IMG/VR virus record: IMGVR_UViG_3300013286_000009
Span: 1-64,000 of that record
Length of the DNA: 64,000 bases
Reading direction: 5' to 3' (one strand)
Source of the DNA: a virus
The notes under the pieces were generated by a model. That model had not been told where the DNA came from, made no database searches, and saw only the letters and a list, made by a program, of their open reading frames with translations. Made by a program: the position numbers and the translations under genes. Shown piece by piece: positions 20,691 through 30,063 of the stretch (within the stretch, counting starts at the first letter, position 1; the number at the start of each line of letters is the position of its first letter).

Positions 20691-21128
20691 TTATGCTGGT
20701 TTAGTCGGCCATTCGATATCATACGGAAAATTAGCTTGTTTACTAATATTTCTTAATGCATCTCGGTAGCCAGACCAAGCAGTTTTTTGACTGTCTGATA
20801 GCTTGGATTGTCCGATAGCTGTTTCAGTATAATCACTTCTTAACAATAAATCGTCACGAGTGGTGCGGGCATCTTTCTCTAATTCTGCCTGTTCTTTAGG
20901 TTCGGTGACAAACCATTCGCCAGTACCGTGATGAGTGTCGCCGTGTGCGCCGCTTTTTATCGATTCATAAACATCTTTAGAAAATTGCAGTCCAGATGTT
21001 GGAGAAGCCAAAAAATTACATGGGACTGATCCGCCCTTTAATTGAATTTTACACCAGAATTGTTCGACTCCGGTAACAAACGAAATCATTGTAATCTCTT
21101 GAATGTCGTTTAATGTGAATTGCTTCAT
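20691..21128 (-). CDS. Tail fibre assembly chaperone
   Basis: C-terminal R..RD.LL..SD...W..YR.ALR.I..Q..FP..I.WP.KP signature. Confidence 0.85.
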   Translation of the reverse strand: MKQFTLNDIQEITMISFVTGVEQFWCKIQLKGGSVPCNFLASPTSGLQFSKDVYESIKSGAHGDTHHGTGEWFVTEPKEQAELEKDARTTRDDLLLRSDYTETAIGQSKLSDSQKTAWSGYRDALRNISKQANFPYDIEWPTKPA

Positions 21129-21157
21129 TGCATAACCCCTTAATATACTCTTATAGA

Positions 21158-21754
21158 CTATTTATGCCTAAAACCTATCCCCGGACGCTTATCAAATGCA
21201 TATTCTGGGTAATAAGGCCCATTCTTGTCAATATAATGAAAAAATGCCTGAACTTGATAGCTACTGTTGTCAGAAACGAACGGATCTCTCCAATGCTCTA
21301 CTTCGCATCCTCTATAAATTATTAAATCGCCCGGCTGTTGTTGTATCATGTTATTTTCTCCCACATACATACCCCAATTATATTCAAAGTTTGGAGGATT
21401 TACATAATCCAAACCCATACAGATTGTGGTACTAATTTCACAACTAGGCCTATCTGTATGTTTTGTAAGAATCATGCCCGGATGATATACTCGGTAATAT
21501 GTGTATGTAGGACACAGTGTTAGACCTGTATGTTTTTCCATATGTGGAAGCATGAATGTCATTAGTGTTTCCATCAATGTATCACCGTATACAGACTGTG
21601 CATTTTCTACTTGAGCATGTTCGCCTGTTTCTGGCGTGAACTCGTATTGCTCTTTTAACAAAGCATATCGAGTAACGATCCTGCAAATATCTGTTGGTAT
21701 GATAGATTTGACACTAACATATTTGTTTATTTTAAAAAATTCAGGATTTGTCAT
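21158..21754 (-). CDS. 2OG-Fe(II) oxygenase
   Basis: YYRVY..G..L.KHTDR.SCEIS.T, GD.IIY.G..VEHWR, Q.FFHY. Confidence 0.85.
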   Translation of the reverse strand: MTNPEFFKINKYVSVKSIIPTDICRIVTRYALLKEQYEFTPETGEHAQVENAQSVYGDTLMETLMTFMLPHMEKHTGLTLCPTYTYYRVYHPGMILTKHTDRPSCEISTTICMGLDYVNPPNFEYNWGMYVGENNMIQQQPGDLIIYRGCEVEHWRDPFVSDNSSYQVQAFFHYIDKNGPYYPEYAFDKRPGIGFRHK

Positions 21755-22539
21755 TTAAATGGTGCTCCTAGATTCCATGCTACTAAGCTATAGCGTGTGC
21801 CTTTTGTTACTGGAGTAACTTGATGGTGTATATGTGAAGGGAATACCACTACAGACCCTTTTGGTCTTATTTCATTACAAGTATGATATCGATCGGGTCT
21901 ATGTGGCCCAAGATCAAACCTTAATTTTCCGCCGGTATAATCTTTACCATCGTTAAGACTTATAGTCACACTTAATTTTCTTGTTTTTCCAACCATTTTT
22001 GTGTTACCCGTTCGCCATTGTTCCTCGGGCATAGGATTTCCAGTTTGATCTACAAATATTGTACCGTCTGTATTTTTGTGAACTGGGTGTATTGTTGGAT
22101 CAAATGCTTCATACGGACGTTCGCTACAGTCAGTATGCCATCCGTAAAACTGTCCTGGAGTATATTTTGTGAATTGAAAATCCTCAGTAAAATCCCAATC
22201 AAAATTCCAGCTGGCTTTAGTGTTAGCCTCTCTAACGAACGGCCATACTATATCGAACAGCGATGAATTATTTAAAAAAACAACATTAGAATCTCTAACA
22301 TACAAGTTTTCTAGATCCGACTTTGCGTGTATTAATCCGCTTACTGTTTTATCACCAACCGGTACACCTCCTTTTAACGAACTTTTTTCACGCCAGCCTC
22401 CGGTAGTACCGGAAATAGCATCTTCACCATATTTAGATTGAGTATCGTGCATAGCACTAATACCCAGCTCTAATATTTGATCGCAAATTTCAGGAGGTAT
22501 TGCTGATTTAAAAAACCAATAATAATACTGAAGTATCAC
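21751..22539 (-). CDS. Prolyl-4-hydroxylase/PKHD-type 2OG-Fe(II) oxygenase
   Basis: QFTKY..GQFYGWHTD, RKLSVTISL, Y.GG, FPS..HHQVTPVTKGTRYSLV.W; GTG start overlaps the upstream TGA. Confidence 0.9.
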   Translation of the reverse strand: MILQYYYWFFKSAIPPEICDQILELGISAMHDTQSKYGEDAISGTTGGWREKSSLKGGVPVGDKTVSGLIHAKSDLENLYVRDSNVVFLNNSSLFDIVWPFVREANTKASWNFDWDFTEDFQFTKYTPGQFYGWHTDCSERPYEAFDPTIHPVHKNTDGTIFVDQTGNPMPEEQWRTGNTKMVGKTRKLSVTISLNDGKDYTGGKLRFDLGPHRPDRYHTCNEIRPKGSVVVFPSHIHHQVTPVTKGTRYSLVAWNLGAPFK

Positions 22540-23150
22540 CTAAACAATGCTCCGTGTACATGCCCGATTATGAAATGTGCTGTTCCTTTCTTCATTGGTG
22601 CAATTCGATAAGGGATAAAGGAAGGAAAAATAAGACAGCATCCCTGGTCGTTAACACCAGCTTGGGAAGTATCAATATTTAAAAACTCAACTTGGCCGCC
22701 TTCATACTCTGCAGGGTCCGTAAGATTGATAATAAAAGTCAATTTGCGCGAAGGTGCTACTGGTGTCATTTCGATATGCCAATTATAATAATCTTTTTCA
22801 GTATACTTGAAAACTTGGGGATAATCTTGATCTATAATACCTAACAAATTAAAATCATATACTGAATCGTTAGCATTTTTTGTAACATCACGGATATCCA
22901 TAAAAGGAAATCCTTCAACGTTGCCCCTTAGTTTTTGTCTTGTAGATTTATGCAAATCAACAGAACCTATCACTTTAGAAGGTAACCACAATTCTTCAAT
23001 GCAGTTTTTTAATACTTGTTCGCATTGATCTTTGGAAAATAATTCTGATTTGTTAATGGATGTAATTTCTAAACTAGCAATTTTAGTAGTCATTGCTGCC
23101 GCCGCATCGGTAAAACTGCTGTCGATAGATCCTAATTCTTCTGTTGCCAT
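22536..23150 (-). CDS. P4H-fold paralog with a degenerate active site
   Basis: KY...YYNWHIE, RKLTFIINL and YEGG retained, but FPSFIPYRIAPMKKGTAHF lacks the distal His and the 2OG-binding Arg. Confidence 0.75.
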   Translation of the reverse strand: MATEELGSIDSSFTDAAAAMTTKIASLEITSINKSELFSKDQCEQVLKNCIEELWLPSKVIGSVDLHKSTRQKLRGNVEGFPFMDIRDVTKNANDSVYDFNLLGIIDQDYPQVFKYTEKDYYNWHIEMTPVAPSRKLTFIINLTDPAEYEGGQVEFLNIDTSQAGVNDQGCCLIFPSFIPYRIAPMKKGTAHFIIGHVHGALFR

Positions 23151-23181
23151 AGTATGGGTCCTTGTATGGTTATTTTGTATG

Positions 23182-23261
23182 TACTTATCTTAAAGATATC
23201 GATGAATTTAAAGTTTTGGCGGTTCAAGTCTGCTGACCGCACGATAGAATTATTGTAAATA
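23182..23261. promoter_or_regulatory. Divergent late motifs (TAAGTA minus at 23182-23187; TAAATA plus at 23256-23261)
   Basis: Each motif is followed by an SD-like AAGGA(G) and a start codon. Confidence 0.5.
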
Positions 23262-23285
23262 TTGGGACAAGGAGAACTGTTTTTA

Positions 23286-23885
23286 ATGGGTTGGCTAGAA
23301 GATAACACCATGCATTCGCCGGTAACTATATACAAATCCGAGCACACATTTATAGAAACTGTGGTGTCGGGTTCTCGTTTTCCTTGGTTCTGGCAAGGGC
23401 AACAAACGTTCAACGATGCCAAGGAAAATGCGGCCTTGCCAAAAGATATGAAATATTTTAACGGGCCTTATCTTAGTCATATATTGTTACACAGGACTGA
23501 AGTAGAAGAAATCAGCCATTTAACAAGAATCGCAAAAGATTCTAGTGAACATTATGAATTCTTTATAGAAATTTTTCATAGATGGATGGTTGAACAGGGA
23601 TTAAAATATACTAAAATTTTCAGGGCAAATCTTAATCTCACATGGCATAACGGCAATTTGCATACAGAACCACATTTGGATCATGCATGGCCCCATAATA
23701 ATTTTGTAATGTATTTGGATACTTGCGAAGGAGCTGAAACATTACTATGGGATGACAAATTTGAACAAATGTTCGCAATACCCTGTGTTAGTTACACCGC
23801 TGTTACATTTAAATCTTGCTGGCATGCACATAGATATCCTGCTATTGGAAAACGTCGACTAATATTAGTGATTACATACGCATGA
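23286..23885 (+). CDS. 2OG-Fe(II) oxygenase-fold protein
   Basis: FPW.W, RANLNL, PHLD, VMYL, HAH..P, RRLILVITY; start chosen at ATG 23286 after AAGGAG (23310 is possible). Confidence 0.75.
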   Translation: MGWLEDNTMHSPVTIYKSEHTFIETVVSGSRFPWFWQGQQTFNDAKENAALPKDMKYFNGPYLSHILLHRTEVEEISHLTRIAKDSSEHYEFFIEIFHRWMVEQGLKYTKIFRANLNLTWHNGNLHTEPHLDHAWPHNNFVMYLDTCEGAETLLWDDKFEQMFAIPCVSYTAVTFKSCWHAHRYPAIGKRRLILVITYA

Positions 23886-23886
23886 C

Positions 23887-23940
23887 AGATATCCGGCGCC
23901 AAAACAGCGTAGAGTTGTGTTTGTAGTTACATATATATAG
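23887..23940 (+). pseudogene. Relic alternative 3' end of the upstream oxygenase
   Basis: Translates to RYPAPKQRRVVFVVTYI*, compared with the gene end RYPAIGKRRLILVITYA* (23832-23885). Confidence 0.8.
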
Positions 23941-23961
23941 TAAACATAAAATAGGAATCGT

Positions 23962-25518
23962 ATGAAAATAGTAATTGTTGGCGGAGGTACTGCTGGGTGG
24001 ACTACGGCAGTTTTAATGTCTAGCAGATGGCCTACACATCAGATTACCGTCATTGAATCTACTAAGATAGGAGTTATTGGGGTGGGAGAAAGTACCACCG
24101 GATTCTTAACAGACATACTTACCAATTACGGTCAGGATCTAGATATGGATCACGACGAATTTATTGCGGAAACAGGCGCAACTTTAAAGTATTCCATCAA
24201 ACACAAGGGATGGACTAACGATATAGACGACTTTTATCACGGGCCGATAGACGGTACCACTACTAAGGAAAGTACCCCAGATGTTGCTTTTGCATACGCT
24301 TTGAAATACCTGCAATCTAAACAACGACCTAATGCATCAGAATGCGGGTGGTTAATAACTTCTGGTAAATCTAATTTTAACAAACACACAAATACATTTG
24401 ACAATTATCGACATGCTATGCACGTCGATGCACATTTAGTCGGAAAATATTTTAAAAAGAAAGCGTTATGCAGATCTAATGCCTCTCATGTAGATTCAGA
24501 AGTTGTTAAAACTAATCTTGATGAAAAAGGATACATTAAATCCGTTAGATTAACTGATGGTTCTGAGGTAGCCGGTGATTTTTTTATAGATTGTACTGGA
24601 TTTTCTAAAATGTTGATGAAAGAAATGCCCGGTAACGGATGGGAAAGTTATCAAAAAAATCTCCCTTTAAATACCGGATTGCCATTCCAATTAAAATACT
24701 TAGATGATGAGATGCCAGAGCCGTTTACAACAGCTTGGGCTCAAAAGAACGGATGGATGTGGCAAATACCACTCATGGATCGCAAAGGATGTGGTTATGT
24801 ATTTTGTGATGCATTTACTACTCCAGATAAAGCACAAGAAGAAATTGAGACTATTTTAAAAAGACCAATAGAACCTATTAAAGTTATTAAATTTGATACT
24901 GGTAGACAAAAATCATCATGGATTAATAACTGTGTAACTATAGGGCTGTCTTCGGCCTTTTTAGAACCACTAGAAGCTACCAGTATTCATACTACTATTG
25001 TACAAGCAAGAATACTAGCATTTGAATTTATTAAACATACTCTTGAAGATACTATAAATCCTGGAAGTATTAACATATACAATCAAAGAACAAGACGTAT
25101 ATTCGACGATGTTAAAGATTTCTTAGTAATGCACTATATGGGTGGTAGGAATGATTCAGAATTTTGGAAATATATTGAAACTGGTGCAACTAAAACCCCG
25201 TATGTCAACGATTTACTGCTCATGGCTCAGAACAAATTGCCTACTGTAAATGATTTTCCACAATATCTTGGCTCGGCCGGTTGGGCACTGTACAGCTATG
25301 TTATGGCTGGAATAAATCGAATAGATATATCAAAGATGGATGGCGAATTAAATCTAGAAACCCCTGGCGGGAATTTAGAATTTATAGCTAGAGAATTTCA
25401 TTATGATTTCCAAGATCAGATGAAAAGAAAATATCAGGATTGCGCCAGCTATGATGACTTCATAAGACATTTCAGGGCAATTAGACACAAACACGGTTTT
25501 TCAGATCTTAAACCTTAA
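23962..25518 (+). CDS. Flavin-dependent halogenase, tryptophan halogenase family (1)
   Basis: GGGTAG, IGVGEST, GATLK (PrnA K79 position), FIDCTGF, WMWQIP, FLEPLEATSI. Confidence 0.9.
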   Translation: MKIVIVGGGTAGWTTAVLMSSRWPTHQITVIESTKIGVIGVGESTTGFLTDILTNYGQDLDMDHDEFIAETGATLKYSIKHKGWTNDIDDFYHGPIDGTTTKESTPDVAFAYALKYLQSKQRPNASECGWLITSGKSNFNKHTNTFDNYRHAMHVDAHLVGKYFKKKALCRSNASHVDSEVVKTNLDEKGYIKSVRLTDGSEVAGDFFIDCTGFSKMLMKEMPGNGWESYQKNLPLNTGLPFQLKYLDDEMPEPFTTAWAQKNGWMWQIPLMDRKGCGYVFCDAFTTPDKAQEEIETILKRPIEPIKVIKFDTGRQKSSWINNCVTIGLSSAFLEPLEATSIHTTIVQARILAFEFIKHTLEDTINPGSINIYNQRTRRIFDDVKDFLVMHYMGGRNDSEFWKYIETGATKTPYVNDLLLMAQNKLPTVNDFPQYLGSAGWALYSYVMAGINRIDISKMDGELNLETPGGNLEFIAREFHYDFQDQMKRKYQDCASYDDFIRHFRAIRHKHGFSDLKP

Positions 25519-26136
25519 TTAGAAAAAATTAAAGGATAGGCTTACTCTAAGATCGTCTTCATCTTCTGTAAGATTAGATTCAACATAGTGTGCTAAATGC
25601 CCGGGAAATAATAATAACATTCCTTCTTTGGGTTTAAATGAATATTGTGTCCATAGTCTGCTGTTATTAATATCTTTTCCTTGCTTTTCTAATTGTTGGC
25701 TAATGAAATTCATGCGGTCTACTTCTATTACCGATCTAGTAAACACGATGTTGCCGCTATTAGCCGGTACCTTAAGATAATAAACACCGCTTAGAAAAGC
25801 ATTATGATGAGTGTGTTCTCTGTTGTATGTATGGCGTGGATTGGCATTATACCAGTATGCAACAGTATCCATTTCTGAAGGTAATTCCCATGCAGATTTT
25901 ATACGTTTAGCAGACGGAATTATATAATTTTGAAATAATCGATCAGTTGCCCAGTTATCGTAATTAGGAGAATACATCGCCGGAGATTGCCAACCTCCTA
26001 AATTGCTCTTTTGCACACTAGGAGTAGTTGGTATTAATTGTTTTATGGCATCAAGAATAGGCGGATTGATCACCGGATCTAAATAAGTACTAAAACAAGA
26101 TGATACAAACAATAAATTTTCTTTTAGCTCTGCCAT
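25519..26136 (-). CDS. 2OG-Fe(II) oxygenase-fold protein (TIGR02466-like)
   Basis: SN.GGWQS, EHTH...LSGVYYL, FPGHLAHYV..N, RVSLSFNF. Confidence 0.88.
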   Translation of the reverse strand: MAELKENLLFVSSCFSTYLDPVINPPILDAIKQLIPTTPSVQKSNLGGWQSPAMYSPNYDNWATDRLFQNYIIPSAKRIKSAWELPSEMDTVAYWYNANPRHTYNREHTHHNAFLSGVYYLKVPANSGNIVFTRSVIEVDRMNFISQQLEKQGKDINNSRLWTQYSFKPKEGMLLLFPGHLAHYVESNLTEDEDDLRVSLSFNFF

Positions 26137-26141
26137 GTAGA

Positions 26142-26153
26142 TATTTATAAATG
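26142..26153. promoter_or_regulatory. Overlapping divergent late promoters
   Basis: TATAAATA on minus (26142-26149) and TATAAATG on plus (26146-26153) share the palindrome ATTTATAAAT. Confidence 0.65.
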
Positions 26154-26175
26154 CACATTTAACACGGAATCATTC

Positions 26176-27645
26176 ATGAAACAACTTAAAAAACTATCAG
26201 TGATAGGGGGCGGAACAGCTGGATTTGTTGCCGCTTTAATTCTTAAACAAAGATTTCCACTTATGGAAATTGAATTAGTTAGATCTAAAAAGATAGGTAT
26301 TATAGGTGTCGGTGAAGGTAGTACTGAACACTGGAATGAATTCCTCACATATATTGGAGTTAAATGGCAAGCTGTTATTCAGCACTGCGATGCTACGTTT
26401 AAATGCGGTATTATGTTTCGTGGGTGGGCAGATGAGGACTATATGCATAGCATCGGGCCAGAAAATGATGTTAAGAATGGACAATATCCTACCATCTATG
26501 GCAAATACATAGCAGAAGGTGCTGCCAACAGATTCTTTAATCCTAATTTAACGTGGGATAACAAGCTATACGCAAACTTTTTAAAGCCTGAGACATCTTC
26601 TCCCTACAATCAATATCATTTTAATACTCAAAAATTGAATGATTTCCTTACCATGATTGCCATACACAAAGGCATAACAGTTACCGATGATGAAATAGTC
26701 GATATTATCCTTAACGAACAAGGCGAAATAGAAGAGCTTGTTGGAGAAACAAGCTCTTATAAATCTGATTTTTACATAGATAGTACCGGTTTTAAAAGAT
26801 TATTGATATCTAAACTAGGAGCAAAGTGGTGCAGTTATAGCCAGTATCTTAAAATGAAAGCCGCTATTGTATTTCCTATAGGGGATACAGAAGAATACAA
26901 TATATGGACCACAGCACAAGCTATGGATTACGGTTGGATGTTTAAAATTCCAGTATGGGGACGTAGTGGCAACGGGTATATTTTTGATAGTGATTATATT
27001 ACTGCGGAACAGGCGCAAGAAGAAGTTGAAAAATTCCTCGGACATAAGATAGAAGTAGGTAAACATTTGACATTTGATCCGGGTGCCTTAGATAACGTAT
27101 GGATTAAAAATTGTTGCGCTGTTGGACTTAGTTCTAGTTTTGTAGAACCATTAGAAGCTACGAGTATTGGAACTAGTATACAACAAGTTTTTAAATTAAT
27201 GCATCGTATTCCAAATTATAACGAAGATACTATAGAAGAATATAATAAAGATATTAGTGATATGTTAACTAACATCAGAGATTTTGTTATTTTGCATTAT
27301 GTTACAAACAAATCAAATACACAATTTTGGAAAGATGTAGCTAATATTAAATTGCCAGACGAATTAGAACGTAATATTAAAAAATGGCGTAAAAATTTAC
27401 CCATAGCAGAAGATTTTCAAGGCAAGTCTGCTTATATTTTATTTAGAGATGCTCATTACTTACAAGTATTAGCTGGATTAAAATTGTTTGACCAGCAAAG
27501 CATACGTGCTGAATACGACATGATGAATCCAGCTGTTAAAAAAATAGCAGAAGATTTTATTAGAGAGACTAAAACTGCTGAAAAACGTGATCCAGTTATA
27601 GGTCACAAAGAATTTATTACAAAATTACGTAATACAAAATACTAA
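26176..27645 (+). CDS. Flavin-dependent halogenase, tryptophan halogenase family (2)
   Basis: GGGTAG, IGVGEGST, DATFK, YIDSTGF, WMFKIP, FVEPLEATSI. Confidence 0.9.
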   Translation: MKQLKKLSVIGGGTAGFVAALILKQRFPLMEIELVRSKKIGIIGVGEGSTEHWNEFLTYIGVKWQAVIQHCDATFKCGIMFRGWADEDYMHSIGPENDVKNGQYPTIYGKYIAEGAANRFFNPNLTWDNKLYANFLKPETSSPYNQYHFNTQKLNDFLTMIAIHKGITVTDDEIVDIILNEQGEIEELVGETSSYKSDFYIDSTGFKRLLISKLGAKWCSYSQYLKMKAAIVFPIGDTEEYNIWTTAQAMDYGWMFKIPVWGRSGNGYIFDSDYITAEQAQEEVEKFLGHKIEVGKHLTFDPGALDNVWIKNCCAVGLSSSFVEPLEATSIGTSIQQVFKLMHRIPNYNEDTIEEYNKDISDMLTNIRDFVILHYVTNKSNTQFWKDVANIKLPDELERNIKKWRKNLPIAEDFQGKSAYILFRDAHYLQVLAGLKLFDQQSIRAEYDMMNPAVKKIAEDFIRETKTAEKRDPVIGHKEFITKLRNTKY

Positions 27646-28227
27646 TCAGCTGAAATTCATTGCTATTGATATGCGGGGAGTAATATTCTTCCCAGGTTCT
27701 ACCATGTGTCTAAGCCAGGATCTGAATATTAAAAGTTTTGCAGGTTCTGGAGCATAAGATATACGGGTAAAGCTAAGTGTATTTTTCTTTTTAATTTTCT
27801 TAAGGCCAAACATATCAGGTTCTAGTGGGCTTTCAAATATGATACGCCCGGCATTTTCTGGAGCAGCCATATAAAAAACTGCACTAAAAATAGACCCGTT
27901 ATGTGTATGAAATTCTTGCCAACCCTTGTCATCAGATATGTTTAACCAAGCAGAATCATTTTTATATGTTCCTTCGCAATTATGTAACGATGCGAATTCA
28001 TTAACATGATCTGTAATTAAATCTAACAACGGTTTAAATACCGGATCGTTAGTTAAATCATGAGTACCGTGTGTATTATATGTACCACCTAACCATTCTG
28101 CTCCTCCAGTTGGAGTTTTATCTTTGATGATAAAAGAATGTTCTATAAGGTTTGCATTTTCTTCTGCGGATATAAGATTTTCTTCTACATAAATGCATGT
28201 AGGAAACCACATTTCAACTTTGCCCAT
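27646..28227 (-). CDS. 2OG-Fe(II) oxygenase-fold protein (TIGR02466-like)
   Basis: WLN...QEFHTH...SAVFY, IFRSWLRHMV, RISIAMNF. Confidence 0.88.
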   Translation of the reverse strand: MGKVEMWFPTCIYVEENLISAEENANLIEHSFIIKDKTPTGGAEWLGGTYNTHGTHDLTNDPVFKPLLDLITDHVNEFASLHNCEGTYKNDSAWLNISDDKGWQEFHTHNGSIFSAVFYMAAPENAGRIIFESPLEPDMFGLKKIKKKNTLSFTRISYAPEPAKLLIFRSWLRHMVEPGKNITPRISIAMNFS

Positions 28228-28831
28228 TTGGTCCTGCCCATATATTAAATGAAATTGCTATGCGATTCTTATCAGATTTATTAACAGTTACTGAATGATT
28301 TAACCAGGATTCAAATAATATAATTTCTCCTTTTACTGGCGTATGATTAACACTGTAAAAATTATAACCGTTATCTTCTTTTTTTAAAGTATTAAAAAAT
28401 ACATCTGTTACTCGCCTAGTTTCTATAGGATTAAAAAATACTATATCACCGCTGTCTTCTGGTACTTGCAAATAATAACAACCGCTTATTAATGCTCCGT
28501 AATGATCATGCCTATTAAAATCAGCACCCGGCGGGTATAACTGTAACCAGGACGTTATATCCAACAAACATTCGCGATCAAACCCTAATAATTCTAAAAA
28601 TTTTCTAGCTTCTGAATTAATTACCTCTATCATAGGAAAATCTTTAATTTTTCCTAAGAAATTTTTATCTGTTTGATAATAAGTTGTTAATAATTGTTTA
28701 GGATCTCGGGATTCTTCAAAGCATTTAGATTCGTCGATGTAGTCGTATACTAATCCTAAAGAATTAGCTACTAATTCTGGATCAACGGTTGTTGTTACTA
28801 TAGGAATTGGAAATATATGATCTATCTTCAT
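28214..28831 (-). CDS. 2OG-Fe(II) oxygenase-fold protein (TIGR02466-like)
   Basis: RHDH...ISGCYYL, LFESWLNHSV..N, RIAISFN. Confidence 0.88.
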   Translation of the reverse strand: MKIDHIFPIPIVTTTVDPELVANSLGLVYDYIDESKCFEESRDPKQLLTTYYQTDKNFLGKIKDFPMIEVINSEARKFLELLGFDRECLLDITSWLQLYPPGADFNRHDHYGALISGCYYLQVPEDSGDIVFFNPIETRRVTDVFFNTLKKEDNGYNFYSVNHTPVKGEIILFESWLNHSVTVNKSDKNRIAISFNIWAGPNGQS

Positions 28832-29433
28832 AATGGTTCTAGATTTATATTTAATATCACCCGTCTACTGGATTGTATAGGATTGCTAGCAGTATGGTAT
28901 TGTAAACCATTTATCCATACAAGTCGATTGGCTTTAGGATGTACTCGGGTGCGGGTGGTAAACTTGTCATATCCAATGCCATTACTACCTGGTACAGGGA
29001 TAAACGTTTGATCAAATATTCTAGTATCACCGTCGCAGTCGTTAAAATAAAATATCAATGTTTCGTGTGGTCGAAAATAATCAACATGTGGTAAGTTATA
29101 ATTTTCTTCTGTATAATTTATTCTAGGATGTTTCATACTGCATCTTGCACGTATCAAATGTCTTTCTGTAAAATTTAAGGTTGCAAGTTTTTTAAAAAAT
29201 GGCATGAATAAATCGTATGTAAAACTTTTTACGTCGTATGTTTTATCATAAATTACATGATTGAATCCATCCGTTTCAACTGCTAATAAATCTTTTACTA
29301 CATTATCTTCAGGAGCCAATGACACATGTTCAGAATAAAACCATGGAAATTTTTCCGATAATACAGCCGCGGCCAATGGTTGAAATTGTTCCGCAGGCAA
29401 AAAATCATCTATTATTTTTAATCGATCTGTCAT
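28828..29433 (-). CDS. 2OG-Fe(II) oxygenase-fold protein
   Basis: IIDDFLP, FPWFY, PHVD, IFYFND.DGDT, PKANRLV...G..YHT, RRVILNIN. Confidence 0.85.
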   Translation of the reverse strand: MTDRLKIIDDFLPAEQFQPLAAAVLSEKFPWFYSEHVSLAPEDNVVKDLLAVETDGFNHVIYDKTYDVKSFTYDLFMPFFKKLATLNFTERHLIRARCSMKHPRINYTEENYNLPHVDYFRPHETLIFYFNDCDGDTRIFDQTFIPVPGSNGIGYDKFTTRTRVHPKANRLVWINGLQYHTASNPIQSSRRVILNINLEPL

Positions 29434-29990
29434 TATATTACATCAAAATTAATAATGCATCTTACATCTTGTAAAGGTTGTTCAGCTGTATGATAGTACT
29501 TACCATTAAAAATAACAGCTCGTCCTTGTTTTGGAGTTATCCTATGTATGATATTGTAATCTTGTACCTTAGCATCAAATTCTTCAATTGCTCCATGGCG
29601 CTGTTTATCCACTATGATAGTATCTCCATCACTGTCTGTTACATAATATAATATTACTAAATGATCATATGTTAAATCTATGTGTAAATTATCAACTTGT
29701 TTTAAATTTTTTGATGGAAATTGCATAAAACTGCGACACTGTACTACATCGTTGTATCTAAAATTTATAGCATCGCATCCAATATATGCTAATGGTGCTA
29801 ACATATTATAAAAACTGCTTACAGTTTCTTTGCGATCTCTGTATAAATGAGCTAGCGCAGGAGTGTGTGTACTGGCCAAATTTCCAAATGTAATATCTGG
29901 AGTGAAATACCAGGGAAATGCAGGACCCATTAGTGTTTGTTTAATCTGTTCTTGATAAGTTTTTGGTATAAAATCGTCTATTATCTTCAT
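29433..29990 (-). CDS. 2OG-Fe(II) oxygenase-fold protein (paralog of 28828-29433)
   Basis: IIDDFIP, FPWYF, LHID, LYYV.DSDGDT, PKQGRAVIF.G..YHT, RCIINFD. Confidence 0.85.
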   Translation of the reverse strand: MKIIDDFIPKTYQEQIKQTLMGPAFPWYFTPDITFGNLASTHTPALAHLYRDRKETVSSFYNMLAPLAYIGCDAINFRYNDVVQCRSFMQFPSKNLKQVDNLHIDLTYDHLVILYYVTDSDGDTIIVDKQRHGAIEEFDAKVQDYNIIHRITPKQGRAVIFNGKYYHTAEQPLQDVRCIINFDVI

Positions 29991-29996
29991 GTTGGA

Positions 29997-30039
29997 TATT
30001 TATAGAAATTTTCTACGGTACCAAAAAAAACAATAAGTA
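29997..30039. promoter_or_regulatory. Divergent late motifs
   Basis: TATAAATA on minus at 29997-30004; TAAGTA on plus at 30034-30039, followed by GGAG and ATG 30064. Confidence 0.6.
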
Positions 30040-30063
30040 CTGATAGACGGAGCAATTAAACGA

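Noticed and set aside
23218-23244. tRNA T-arm-like string GGCGG-TTCAAGT-CTGCT-GACCGC-ACGA
   Set aside because: No D-arm, anticodon arm or matching 5' acceptor strand upstream; the acceptor strand is one base short and there is no CCA. At most a remnant or a chance hairpin.
23243-23305. Short frame DRIIVNIGTRRTVFNGLARR* resembling an oxygenase C-terminal strand
   Set aside because: Only about 7 residues of resemblance, an in-frame stop lies just upstream, and the same bases are explained by the TAAATA motif and AAGGAG SD of the next gene.
23832-23940. Diversity-generating retroelement VR/TR interpretation of the duplicated gene end
   Set aside because: Mismatches are not restricted to adenines and no reverse transcriptase is in the window.
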